Source of the DNA: a virus
Direction: 5' to 3' (one strand)
IMG/VR virus record: IMGVR_UViG_3300030329_002114
Location: 1 to 64,000 of that record
Length of the DNA: 64,000 nucleotides
Shown: positions 49,201-59,440 of the stretch, piece after piece
Numbering within the stretch: position 1 is the first letter of the stretch
Layout: the number at the start of each line of letters is the position of its first letter
Translations under genes and position numbers: made by a program
The notes under the pieces: generated by a model
What the model was told of the DNA's origin: nothing
Seen by the model: only the letters and a program-made list of their open reading frames with translations
Databases searched by the model: none

Positions 49201-49931
49201 TGAATGGCATAGATCCTTATCAGGTAAGAGAACTGATAGAAGATTATAATAGTAACCCACAGAGATACTCAGATGGGGAGGCAGAAACTATAGCTGTATT
49301 AGCGCAAGCTATAGGTGCTCGTTTTCAAAGAGATGGTAAGCCTTTTCAAAAGGGTTTATTTGATGTATTAGATACTGCTACCTTTGATCTGCTTCCAAAT
49401 GAATTGAGACCAACTTCACGTGGAGAATCTGTCTTTGGAGAAACTGATGCAGAACAATTAGCTAGTGCTTTGGGTATTGGAGCTGGTGTTGTAGGTGGTA
49501 TTGGTGGGGCTTATAAAGGCGGCAGGGGTCTTTTTAATTATTTTAAAAAGAAAAAAGGTCGCAAAGGTGGTAGTGATCCAATATCAAATGTAAGAGAACA
49601 AACTAAATCAAATGTAAGAGAACAAACTAAACTTCTTGGAGAACCTCAACGTTTATTGTCTGGGCAAACTTCTAGACAAACTAGACGCAATAGGTTTCCA
49701 TTAGATTCTAGAAGTGGAAATCCTATTCCTATGACAAGTAGAGCTGGAGATCCAATTCCTATGGGAGGAGATACTCTTAGTAAAATACGTGAGTTTGAAT
49801 ATAATATGGGAATTGGCGATAGTTATTTTGATACGCAAAAATTAATAAACTATGCTGGTTTAAATATTAAACCAAATCAATTAACTAGAAGTCAAAGAAA
49901 TGAAATTATTCAAAGACTTATGGATAGTTAA
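49200..49931 (+). CDS. putative ejection protein sharing its N-terminal module with the giant proteins
   Basis: Y..LI..Y..NP...F.R...TFDL.P pattern; Gly-rich TM-like segment; SNVREQTK duplicated. Confidence 0.6.
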   Translation: MNGIDPYQVRELIEDYNSNPQRYSDGEAETIAVLAQAIGARFQRDGKPFQKGLFDVLDTATFDLLPNELRPTSRGESVFGETDAEQLASALGIGAGVVGGIGGAYKGGRGLFNYFKKKKGRKGGSDPISNVREQTKSNVREQTKLLGEPQRLLSGQTSRQTRRNRFPLDSRSGNPIPMTSRAGDPIPMGGDTLSKIREFEYNMGIGDSYFDTQKLINYAGLNIKPNQLTRSQRNEIIQRLMDS

Positions 49932-52900
49932 TGGCATCACCTTATGAGGCGATAAAAGTTCAAAATTTAATAAGGACTTACAAGACCAATCCAACTATGT
50001 TTAATGACGACCAGCTTGATGAGCTGGAACGTCTTGCTGAAAACAATGAAATAGAATTTAAGAGAAGACAAAGCGAATTTTCTTTAAGGCGTGGTCTTCA
50101 ACAGGCACAGGCTGGTTTCATTGAAGGGCTTACTACCTTTGATCTTATTCCTAAGGAACCTCGTAATACAGGTGAAGCTATATTTAGACAACTCGGTCAC
50201 CTTGCTGGTTTTGCTCCTGCAATATTAAAAGCTCCAGTGATGGGAGTTGTTCAGGTTGCTTCTAAAGTTACTGGAAAAGAAGTTGCAGATATAGCTAAGC
50301 AACCTTTTACAAGTGCTGTTTTAGATGGCATTAACGCATTAGATGCGATTGCTGTTCCTATGATAGGATCTAGATTAACTAAAAAAGGATTCGATGCTGC
50401 TCTTACTAAAACTGGAGCAGAATCCCTAGAGTTTTTAAAACGAGGTTCACGAACTAGAGCAATCACAGAAGAAGCCTTAGGGCTTGCATCAGCTAGTGCT
50501 ATTAGCAATATATGGAAGGGTAAAGATGCTATTGTTGATTCTTATATTGGAGGTGCCATCGCAGGTGGAGCCTTTGGTGGTATTGGTAATTTTGTTTCTT
50601 TAGGTAATTTATATAAAGGCACACCTCAACAAGTAGAACAAGCCAATAAGCTTTTGCGTGCAGGTGTAGCCAGTATGTTTATGGGTCTTCCTTCTACCCT
50701 TAGAAACGATCCAACTGAAATGCAGATATATGAATATCTATTAGGTGGTTTCTTTGGATACAATACAAGACCAGCTAAAGAGGTTGAGGCTGGTAAATGG
50801 ATAAATGAAAATAGGGCTAGAGAAGAAATATTTAGACCAGAAACATCTAAAGATTGGAATAAAGTAAATAAGAATGCTCAAGAATTTATTATTCGAGAGC
50901 ATCCTATGACTAAAGAATTAAACTCAGAAGGTCACGGTGGCAGTACTGGTGCTGCTTTGGGTTATTTAGAAAGAAGATTTCCAAATGCTAAATGGAGAGA
51001 AGGAGCATTAAATAATCTTAAGAAAAATAATAAAGAAGCAACAGAATCCAACATACAAGATTTTTACAGAAAGAAAGCTTATGAAGCTTACAGAATAGAA
51101 AAGAAAGTTTTTGAGAATGCTGTATTAGCAAACTCATCTATTATTAATGATGAGAGACTCGATGCTATGGATCAGGCTCAACGTGACCAATTTAAGATTG
51201 AAGATATATCAGACTCTATAAGTAAATCTTCAGATAAATATGGCGACAGAAAAAGCGTTGGAGAAACTATTATTGAAGTAGCTGAAAATTCTTCAGTAAA
51301 TAACGTTCCTAATCGTGAATTGTTTATAAGAGAACTTAGTAATAGGTTTGATTCTAAGACTATAAAAAAATTAGATTCTAAACTTAGGGGTTGGTTTAAT
51401 AACTATAGTCAAAGATTTGTAGAACAAGATATTGTCAATATAGATGGACAGGAATACAGAATTATTACTAAGGAGAAAATAGGCGAAGTAGATGTAGGTG
51501 AAAAGGTAGATGTATTGCCAGCAACATATTTAGTTCCTGAAGGTGAGTTTCGTTTAATGACTCATTTTATAAGGGAAGTCCCAAGTGAAAATGGTCAAGT
51601 AAAGCAAGAAGCAATTAAGATAATGAAGACGGATCTTGTATTTGATTATGGCGTTCCCACTGTTAAAAATAGATTAGATGGCAATGCATATATTAGATTG
51701 CAAAATTTATTAGAAGAGAATGGCAGATACATAGTTAGTGGCATTAAAGATAAAGACTATGTAATGACTGGTCGATTTAGAGATGAGAACTTAACTCTTG
51801 ATAATGTGTTTGATATTTTATCTAATAAACAAGCTGGTATTATAACAAGAAAACAAGTAGAAGACGCTTATAATAGATCGTTAGAAAAAGAAAGAGAATT
51901 ATCTGAGTTTGTGCGTGCAGGTGAATATGAAGCATTAGAAAAACTTCATGAGCGTAAATGGATTTCCAATTTCGTTAACTTAGCCGAAATGAACAATTTA
52001 AAGCTAGAAGATGCTTGGGCTATTATAGACCCAGCTCAAAATTTTGGTAAGAGTGTGGCTGACTTAAATAAGCGTATGTCACTTGTTACTAATAGAATGA
52101 CTCCAATGGTTAAAGAAAGCTTTGAGAATGTAGCAGGGATGAATAAAGGTGAAAAGTTTAATGTAATTCAAATAGAAGATAATTTAGGAATTGGAACTGG
52201 AGTATCAGATACAGATGGATACATGGCTTTTAGACATGATATATTTGATGCAACTACTAAATCATTTGGAAGAGATGTTAAAAACACTGGCCAGAATAAA
52301 CCTGTTATTGCTGCTAAAACACCATATGGATTTTTTGCAACTAAGAGTAATGGTCAAAGGGCTCATGAATCTCTTAATGAATGGATGATGAAGAACGATG
52401 TTCATGCTGTTATATATACAAGTGGATCTAAATTAAAGGGTAATAATCCTATTTCTACTTTAAAGTATGAAAAAGGTAATTATGTTTCTGATAATATTAA
52501 TCGAATAGAAATACCCATAGATAAATTACAAGTAAGCTCTGGTACTTATGAGAATACTAAAAAAGATGTTAGAGGCGCTAGTACGCCTATGCAAAAATTT
52601 GGTCAGGCAAACGAAGAACAAGCATTCGGCTTTGCTGACAAATGGATTGATACTGTAGTAAAACCATCTCTTGAGGGATCTGAAAGAGGTCGGAAAATTT
52701 TAGAGAATTATCAAAAGACTAATGATTTAACAGAAATGTCTAAGGCTTTTGAAAATAAAGATATTAAATTGGAAGAACTTCCTTTTAGATTTGTTATTGA
52801 TACTCTTTTAAAAAATCCTGATTCTAAATTAGGAAGATTTCTTTCTGATAGGTTAATGCGTTTAGAAGTTGAGGGTGAATTAGATAAGACAGTATTTGAA

Positions 52901-55900
52901 GATTCATTTTCACCTGATTCGGACACTGCATTTAGAGAGTATCATAGAACTAATGACTTGTTAGCTGAAGCGTTAAGGGGTTCTTTTGTAGCTAAACACG
53001 CAATGCCTTTTAATAAAAAGAATTATTTCAATGCCTTAAGAAAGTTTGTATTAAAACGATTTGCTAATCCACATATAGAAACTGCAGGTAAGTCTTGGTT
53101 AAAAGGCTATACTCCTGAGATGCTTAATTTTTTTGACATAGATCCTTATTCTACTACTCAAGCTACTATAGTAAAGCCTGATTCAGCAAATTCTATAAAT
53201 ATAATGAGGGGCTCTAAGTATGGAAACCCTTTTATCATGCCTTCTGTTTACGATAAGAGTCCATCCTATTATAAAAATAAAGGATTTATAAGAGCTGGGA
53301 GCACGAAAGAAGCTACAGAAAGATACGAAAGCTGGTTAAGGGGTAAAACTGACAAAGGATATATGCCAGATAAAAGAGATGGAATATTAAACGATATTAG
53401 ATCTGGAAAATTATCTGGTAAATCCCTAGGTTATTTTAAACCTGAAGCAAAAGATAGCCATGCAGTTCGATTAGTTAAGCTTATTAATGAATGGTCTCCA
53501 AGAACTTTGAAAGAAGGAGAAATATACCTTGATAACGGTTTTCAACAAATGCCTGTGGTATTGCTCGGTAAACAATACACTCTTGGCGAAGTTTGGGATA
53601 TGTATACTGGGCGAAAAACCATGCCTGATGGTGTTAAAAAACCAACTAAAGAGGAGTGGAATGATGCTTTTACTTTTCTTGCTATACGTACCCCTGCTGA
53701 TTCAATGTCTGGTACACGTAAGCTACGATTTAGAGGCTTTACTGGGCAAAGAGGAGCAGGTTCCATTACGCACCATAAAGACAACAAGTATCTTGGTGGT
53801 GCAGATAAAGACGGAGACAGTATTAAAATCTTTCAAAACATGAACAAAGATTTAATTAAATACTTTGAAAATGTAAAAGACGAAAGAGGGCATTGGGCTG
53901 ATTTTCTCAATGTTAAAAAAGATTTTATAGTAGATCTTGAAGGTGCTGAAGTTGAGTATTATAAAAATATAGTATCAACTAATTACAAGCAACTTGATTC
54001 AGAAATTAATTGGGTTCGAGGTGGTAAAAGTGGTAAGCGCCCTATTTTTACTCAATATTATGGAGATAAAAATACGGAATATTCTTATACTGAATCAGGG
54101 AAGCGTGGCGACTGGACTCCCCTAGAATGGACTCCAGAGTTGATTAAATTAAAACGTGAAGTAGAAAGAATAACTGGTTATAAATTCAATAGTGCTGTTG
54201 TAAATAAGTATAAGGATGGTAAAGATAGTATAGGTTTCCATAGAGACAATGAACCAGAGTTAATGAGGTCTGACAATAGAGGGCCTGTTATAGCTTCTAT
54301 TAGTTTTGGAAGTAAAAGAAATTTTATATTAAAAGATAATACTGGTAAAAAAACTTCATTTGCCTTGGAGAATGGTGATTTGTTTTTAATGAAAGGCGAT
54401 ACTCAAAAAAATTATACTCATGGAATAGCTAAAGAAAATACAACATCCCCTAGAATAAATATTACATTTAGAAGAACTAATTATGGAAGAAGGGATCCAA
54501 GAAAAAATCCTCAACCATTCAGAACAAAAACAAAAACATACGAAGAAGCATTAGACGAATTGTTTAAGGGTGATGTATCTCAACAAGTTGTAGATGATTT
54601 TAATAAAAATAAAATTATGATGTTTTCCCCATCTTTTAGATTTGAAGTTGCAAGAAATGCTAGTATGGGCAAGGGTGGTTTAGGTTTTGGTTTAACTGCT
54701 AAGATTGATCTTCAGAATATGTATGATTATGTTAAAGCAAAAGGTGGGTCTATTAAACTTAAAAACCCCAAGGGTGAAGTTTTTACATTGGAAATAAAAC
54801 ATAATTCACCGTATGAAGGAGTTAGTGCTCATAGATTTTTCTTAGACTTAGGAACTAAGGTAGTAAATGTATCAGCAGATGCAAGCAACGATCCTAACTT
54901 AAGACCTTATAGTGAGTATAGAGATATGCTTTCTTCTTCTATATTTAAAATAAACAATAAAGATGCAAAATTTGGTCAGATTAAAAATCTTGTTAAAGGT
55001 ACGCCATTAGAAGGTATTATGATGTCCAATAGAAATATTAAACCACATCAAAAATATCTAAATGAAAAAACTAATGAGCGTGAAGCTCCAGATGTTTTTC
55101 AAGTGCTTGATAATATTAATAAAGCTAATGAGTTAATGTTTTCAGATCTTGATGATAGTTTTTTTGTACGCACAGTAAATCCTAAATTAAATCAATTACT
55201 ACAAGAATCTGGATTTAAGGTTGGTAATTATTTATTTCCAGAGTTACAAAGGGCTCATAAAATTTTATATGATTCTTTTATAACAAGTGAAGTTGAAGGT
55301 ATCCCAAAAAACCCAGATGCATTATACAAGTGGGAGGTTGTAGATAAAAAAGTTACAGGTAGGTTGATAATAAACAATAATAAAACTTCAAAGCAGTTAG
55401 AAGGATTCTATAAAATACTTGCAAAGGAGTTATCTTTTACAAGTCCTAATCGTATGAAAAATCTTTTATCAGAAAAAAGTCGAAATTTTAACCCAGATCA
55501 AGCCTTAGATTTTTTAGGTAAGGATATGGGTCAGTATGCTTTAATGGAACTATTAACTGGGCAATACGTAGCTGTGCAGAATGCATTTGCAAAACAAGGT
55601 AGGAATGTGAATACAGTTATTGAACTCCTTCCTGAAATAAAAAAGAATGCATATGAAATAAAAAGACTAGCTGACACAATCTCCAGAAGAAGAGACGGTG
55701 GTGACAATGTTAGGAATGTTGATTTAGATGCATTGATATACAAACATAAGACTAGACTAGCTAACCTTGAAAGAGCTCAAGGACTAGAAGAGGGTATGTT
55801 ACAAAACTATTTACATTATTGGCTATTAAGTCCTATAAGAGCGCTTGTAAAAGGTCAAAATAAACCTCAGTATTATAAAGCAATACATGGGTCTCAAATG

Positions 55901-58900
55901 ATACCAATGTCTGTTAAAAGAAATTTTTACAATCGCATGGATAAAATATATAAACGTGCTCAAAGCTCTGATATGTTAAGTATAAAACAAGCAGATTTTA
56001 AGACAGCTTTAAATAAATTAGAGTCTACTCAAAAATTATCTACTACAATAAATGAAGCTATTAAAAGTAAATCATTAGAGAACCTTGCTTTATTTGAATC
56101 TGATTTAAAAGAAGTTAGAAAGTTTCAAGAGTCTGTAAAGAATAACTCATTAATGGATAGAGACTTTAATGAGTGGTATACAGCTTTTACAAAGAACATG
56201 GTAGATGGCCCCACTAAAGATGCTACAACTATAACAATGCAAGATATTAAACTTGTCAATAGGTATCTAGATAGTTTAAATACAAGTAAAAACATGGAGT
56301 TAAAATTAGCTCAGTTTTATCAACATCCCTTAACTGTAGATGAGATAATGCAGTCAAAGGGCTTATTTGGTGGATATACAAAGACTATTAATGAACCAGT
56401 CTTAACAAGTAAGGGTTTAACAAAACGTAATGTTAAAGTTATTATGTCTCCTGTTGGTAATATAGCTAATTATTTTAAAAAATCAGAAGCTGGTATTAAT
56501 TTATATGAAGGTCGCATGAAATTAGAAACTACTGCTATAGATAAAATATTAAATAAGTTAACTCCCAATCAAAGAAGGCAATACGCAGAAGCTCTATTTG
56601 CTTATCGTGAAGGTATTGATAAGGATGGAAAACCATATTCATTAAAAAATGTTCCTAAAGAAATCAATATGACAAAGTTTAAAAAACTTGATACGGAGCT
56701 TACTAAATTTTGGAAGCAAATGGAAAACAGTTGGATAACTACGAAAGATATTAACGGCAAGCGTTTTAATTGGTCTAGGGTAGATAAAGAAAAAAGATAT
56801 GGTAAGGTCAATGAATATATTGAATACGATTCTAATGGTAAGTTTAACTTTAAAAAGTTTCATGATAAAGTTATAAACGCTAGAAATCAATCTAAAGATA
56901 TTATTAGAAATGTTGGCATTGAGGGTGTCTTAAGATATAGAATGGAAGAATCTATTGAAAAAGAAATCTTATCAGATAAGTCAATTAAGAATAAGAAAGC
57001 TTATAGAGAGATGAGAAGATCTGAATTATCAAGACCTTATCAAAATAGATCTTATGAAAATTATGTTCATCATTCTTTTAATAATGCATCAGAAGGTTTA
57101 TTAAAAGAGCAAGCTGAATACGTTGCATCTATTAAAGACCCTGCAGAAAGATCAAGGATTGCGAGACTGCTACAAACAGAAAATCCTTTTATTAACGTAA
57201 ACGATATTTTAGAAATATCTATAGAAGGTAAGACAAAAGATTTTAATAAGTACGCAGTCTACAGTGAAGTTCTTGAAAAGCAAGGAGACATTCCCTATAA
57301 ACGATCCTTTGATTCTCTTCAAGATTATCAAAATAAGGCTATAAATGGATATTTTAGAAATCTAATGAAGCTAAAAGCTCAAAATGAATTAGATCTTATG
57401 GTTAAAAACACTAAAGATTATAAGCCCTCTAAGCATGAGCAAAAAGAATTTGAAAAATTATACAGAGGTAGTAAACTACCAAAAGAACTTCGTTATAATA
57501 GCCATGTAGATGTTTGGGCTGATTATGTCAGGCTTTATGCTAGAGATTCTTTAGGCAACCAATCGTTCTTAAGTGACAGAATGGTAACTCCTCAAGGTAA
57601 AAAATTATTACATTTAAACAAGAAAAATTTATGGTATGGAACTTCAGATGAAGCAATTATCAATAAGATGGAAAAGCTATACAAAAGTAAGCTAGGTAAG
57701 GAAAGAAATATTCCATTTTTTAATAAAGATGCGATACCAAAAGATCCTGTTGCAAGAAAAGAATACTTTAGTCGTGTGATTCATAACTTAGGTAGAATGG
57801 AAGCTCAGTATGAGTTATTAACATTATTAGCTAATACTGGTACATGGACAACCAATATATTTGGTGGAGCTACTATGACCATTGGTAGTGCTGGTGCAAA
57901 GAACTATGCAAATTCATTTAACAACAAAAGAGTTTATGATACATTGTTAAGTGATGCCAATGGTAATCCTGTATTAAAACTACTAGATGGAACAAGCGTT
58001 AGAAATAGAAAACAATTACTAACATTTTTAGAAGAGCGTGGTGTTATAGATAACTTTATTAAAAATGAATTTGAATATAATGATAGGCTTAAGATAGGTT
58101 TAAAGAAAGCTGGTGTTAGCATAAAAGACTTTCAACGGGATTTAATTAAAGCTGCAAAGAGTAAAAAAGGCAATCGTGATGAGAGTGTTATGGAGGTTGT
58201 TAAAAGATATGGCGTTACAGATTTAATGCTTGAGGCTGGTGGTTTCTTAATGAAACAATCTGAACGTGTTAATCGACTTAATGCTTTTATAGCTCATGGT
58301 TTGCAGGCTGTTGAAGGCTTTAAAGAAGCTGGTAAAGAATTATCTTTAGCTGATCAATATGTTTTTGAAAAAGCAGAGCGTGGAATTGAAATGACTCAAT
58401 TCTTATATCAAAATGCTCATAGACCAGCGTTTATGAGAACTTCAATGGGTAAAGTTCTCGGTAGATTTAAGCTATTTGTTTTTAATAGTGTTCGTATGCG
58501 TAAAGAATTTTATAAACAAGCTAAACTTAATGGCTTTAAACAAGGATCTGAATCTTATGAAAGATTTAAAGATACCTTTGCTATTGACATGATGATGTAT
58601 GCATTAGGCAGTGCATTCATGTTCAGCTTGTTTGATACTACATTGCCACCGCCTTGGGACTGGGTGCAAGCTTTGGCTGATTACACTTTTGGTGATAAAC
58701 GTGAACGTGAAATGGCATTTTTCGGTTCAAAGCTTGGCCCTCTTAATGTATTAAAACCTCCTATAGCTAGAGTTCCTGAAGCCTTTGGAGAGCTATTAAC
58801 TGGGCAATACGAGGATTTTACTAATTATACTGTCTATACCATGTTTCCATTTGGAAGAGGAATCAGGCAGATAAAACAGCTAACAGATGATAGACCGTTT

Positions 58901-59023
58901 CGTGGAATAGAGAGAGCACCTGAAATACTTTTTAGGATACCAAGAACTCAAGTTATGAGTAGAATAAAAAGAATGCAATCAGAGAATGAAAAAAGACGTG
59001 CCATTGAAGAGCTGTTAAATTAA
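49931..59023 (+). CDS. giant virion protein, putative virion RNA polymerase with inserted DUF4326-like and AlkB domains (unit B)
   Basis: 3030 aa; DTDGY, IRTP, GGADKDGD (DxDGD at 53804-53818); RGSKYGNPF insert; FHRD...THGI...RINITFR AlkB insert. Confidence 0.82.
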   Translation: MASPYEAIKVQNLIRTYKTNPTMFNDDQLDELERLAENNEIEFKRRQSEFSLRRGLQQAQAGFIEGLTTFDLIPKEPRNTGEAIFRQLGHLAGFAPAILKAPVMGVVQVASKVTGKEVADIAKQPFTSAVLDGINALDAIAVPMIGSRLTKKGFDAALTKTGAESLEFLKRGSRTRAITEEALGLASASAISNIWKGKDAIVDSYIGGAIAGGAFGGIGNFVSLGNLYKGTPQQVEQANKLLRAGVASMFMGLPSTLRNDPTEMQIYEYLLGGFFGYNTRPAKEVEAGKWINENRAREEIFRPETSKDWNKVNKNAQEFIIREHPMTKELNSEGHGGSTGAALGYLERRFPNAKWREGALNNLKKNNKEATESNIQDFYRKKAYEAYRIEKKVFENAVLANSSIINDERLDAMDQAQRDQFKIEDISDSISKSSDKYGDRKSVGETIIEVAENSSVNNVPNRELFIRELSNRFDSKTIKKLDSKLRGWFNNYSQRFVEQDIVNIDGQEYRIITKEKIGEVDVGEKVDVLPATYLVPEGEFRLMTHFIREVPSENGQVKQEAIKIMKTDLVFDYGVPTVKNRLDGNAYIRLQNLLEENGRYIVSGIKDKDYVMTGRFRDENLTLDNVFDILSNKQAGIITRKQVEDAYNRSLEKERELSEFVRAGEYEALEKLHERKWISNFVNLAEMNNLKLEDAWAIIDPAQNFGKSVADLNKRMSLVTNRMTPMVKESFENVAGMNKGEKFNVIQIEDNLGIGTGVSDTDGYMAFRHDIFDATTKSFGRDVKNTGQNKPVIAAKTPYGFFATKSNGQRAHESLNEWMMKNDVHAVIYTSGSKLKGNNPISTLKYEKGNYVSDNINRIEIPIDKLQVSSGTYENTKKDVRGASTPMQKFGQANEEQAFGFADKWIDTVVKPSLEGSERGRKILENYQKTNDLTEMSKAFENKDIKLEELPFRFVIDTLLKNPDSKLGRFLSDRLMRLEVEGELDKTVFEDSFSPDSDTAFREYHRTNDLLAEALRGSFVAKHAMPFNKKNYFNALRKFVLKRFANPHIETAGKSWLKGYTPEMLNFFDIDPYSTTQATIVKPDSANSINIMRGSKYGNPFIMPSVYDKSPSYYKNKGFIRAGSTKEATERYESWLRGKTDKGYMPDKRDGILNDIRSGKLSGKSLGYFKPEAKDSHAVRLVKLINEWSPRTLKEGEIYLDNGFQQMPVVLLGKQYTLGEVWDMYTGRKTMPDGVKKPTKEEWNDAFTFLAIRTPADSMSGTRKLRFRGFTGQRGAGSITHHKDNKYLGGADKDGDSIKIFQNMNKDLIKYFENVKDERGHWADFLNVKKDFIVDLEGAEVEYYKNIVSTNYKQLDSEINWVRGGKSGKRPIFTQYYGDKNTEYSYTESGKRGDWTPLEWTPELIKLKREVERITGYKFNSAVVNKYKDGKDSIGFHRDNEPELMRSDNRGPVIASISFGSKRNFILKDNTGKKTSFALENGDLFLMKGDTQKNYTHGIAKENTTSPRINITFRRTNYGRRDPRKNPQPFRTKTKTYEEALDELFKGDVSQQVVDDFNKNKIMMFSPSFRFEVARNASMGKGGLGFGLTAKIDLQNMYDYVKAKGGSIKLKNPKGEVFTLEIKHNSPYEGVSAHRFFLDLGTKVVNVSADASNDPNLRPYSEYRDMLSSSIFKINNKDAKFGQIKNLVKGTPLEGIMMSNRNIKPHQKYLNEKTNEREAPDVFQVLDNINKANELMFSDLDDSFFVRTVNPKLNQLLQESGFKVGNYLFPELQRAHKILYDSFITSEVEGIPKNPDALYKWEVVDKKVTGRLIINNNKTSKQLEGFYKILAKELSFTSPNRMKNLLSEKSRNFNPDQALDFLGKDMGQYALMELLTGQYVAVQNAFAKQGRNVNTVIELLPEIKKNAYEIKRLADTISRRRDGGDNVRNVDLDALIYKHKTRLANLERAQGLEEGMLQNYLHYWLLSPIRALVKGQNKPQYYKAIHGSQMIPMSVKRNFYNRMDKIYKRAQSSDMLSIKQADFKTALNKLESTQKLSTTINEAIKSKSLENLALFESDLKEVRKFQESVKNNSLMDRDFNEWYTAFTKNMVDGPTKDATTITMQDIKLVNRYLDSLNTSKNMELKLAQFYQHPLTVDEIMQSKGLFGGYTKTINEPVLTSKGLTKRNVKVIMSPVGNIANYFKKSEAGINLYEGRMKLETTAIDKILNKLTPNQRRQYAEALFAYREGIDKDGKPYSLKNVPKEINMTKFKKLDTELTKFWKQMENSWITTKDINGKRFNWSRVDKEKRYGKVNEYIEYDSNGKFNFKKFHDKVINARNQSKDIIRNVGIEGVLRYRMEESIEKEILSDKSIKNKKAYREMRRSELSRPYQNRSYENYVHHSFNNASEGLLKEQAEYVASIKDPAERSRIARLLQTENPFINVNDILEISIEGKTKDFNKYAVYSEVLEKQGDIPYKRSFDSLQDYQNKAINGYFRNLMKLKAQNELDLMVKNTKDYKPSKHEQKEFEKLYRGSKLPKELRYNSHVDVWADYVRLYARDSLGNQSFLSDRMVTPQGKKLLHLNKKNLWYGTSDEAIINKMEKLYKSKLGKERNIPFFNKDAIPKDPVARKEYFSRVIHNLGRMEAQYELLTLLANTGTWTTNIFGGATMTIGSAGAKNYANSFNNKRVYDTLLSDANGNPVLKLLDGTSVRNRKQLLTFLEERGVIDNFIKNEFEYNDRLKIGLKKAGVSIKDFQRDLIKAAKSKKGNRDESVMEVVKRYGVTDLMLEAGGFLMKQSERVNRLNAFIAHGLQAVEGFKEAGKELSLADQYVFEKAERGIEMTQFLYQNAHRPAFMRTSMGKVLGRFKLFVFNSVRMRKEFYKQAKLNGFKQGSESYERFKDTFAIDMMMYALGSAFMFSLFDTTLPPPWDWVQALADYTFGDKREREMAFFGSKLGPLNVLKPPIARVPEAFGELLTGQYEDFTNYTVYTMFPFGRGIRQIKQLTDDRPFRGIERAPEILFRIPRTQVMSRIKRMQSENEKRRAIEELLN

Positions 59024-59054
59024 ATAGGGGACACGAAAAGCTCGCATCCCCTAT
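59024..59054. terminator. bidirectional terminator-like hairpin
   Basis: ATAGGGGA...TCCCCTAT at the convergence of late and replication transcription. Confidence 0.6.
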
Positions 59055-59059
59055 ATTAA

Positions 59060-59251
59060 TTATTCTTCATACTTCCTATAACCAACTCTTTCCATTTCTT
59101 CCTTATGTACTTTCTCAGCCTTTTCTATTCTAGTTAGAATTTCATTAGAGCTTGCATCATTAACTATATTAAGATATTTTTTACAAGCACTTAATAATTT
59201 TACAAGACTTGATGAAGTTTTGGTTCTTATTATTGTAGGATCTAATTGCAT
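59060..59251 (-). CDS. hypothetical protein
   Basis: 63-aa ORF with AAGGGA RBS. Confidence 0.5.
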   Translation of the reverse strand: MQLDPTIIRTKTSSSLVKLLSACKKYLNIVNDASSNEILTRIEKAEKVHKEEMERVGYRKYEE

Positions 59252-59440
59252 ATAATATCCCTTAAAGTTTATTTAATTTAGACTCTATTCTATCCATTTG
59301 ATCCCTATCTTTTTTTGTAGTCCATGTTCTGGCTATTGCATAAATAGCAAATATCCACATAGTAAGATAAGACATGTTATTTTCAACGAACATATGATAA
59401 GCTATTGTTATCCAGCTTGGTTCATTCATATTAACCCCTT

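Noticed and set aside
53160-54480. Inserts in the giant protein as inteins or introns
   Set aside because: No C/S...HN intein termini or LAGLIDADG/HNH motifs; the frame is continuous and the inserts resemble AlkB and DUF4326
359-58122. Many short antisense or alternate-frame ORFs in the track (e.g. 359..544, 5599..5922, 34305..34622, 50251..50508, 53529..53843)
   Set aside because: Nested within long motif-bearing genes with no RBS or motifs; shadow ORFs
12438-59060. Unit B as a prophage integrated into unit A's tRNA-Gly
   Set aside because: No duplicated tRNA 3' end near 59.0 kb or elsewhere, and arm-type repeats sit on both sides of the tRNA, as expected for an unrecombined attP
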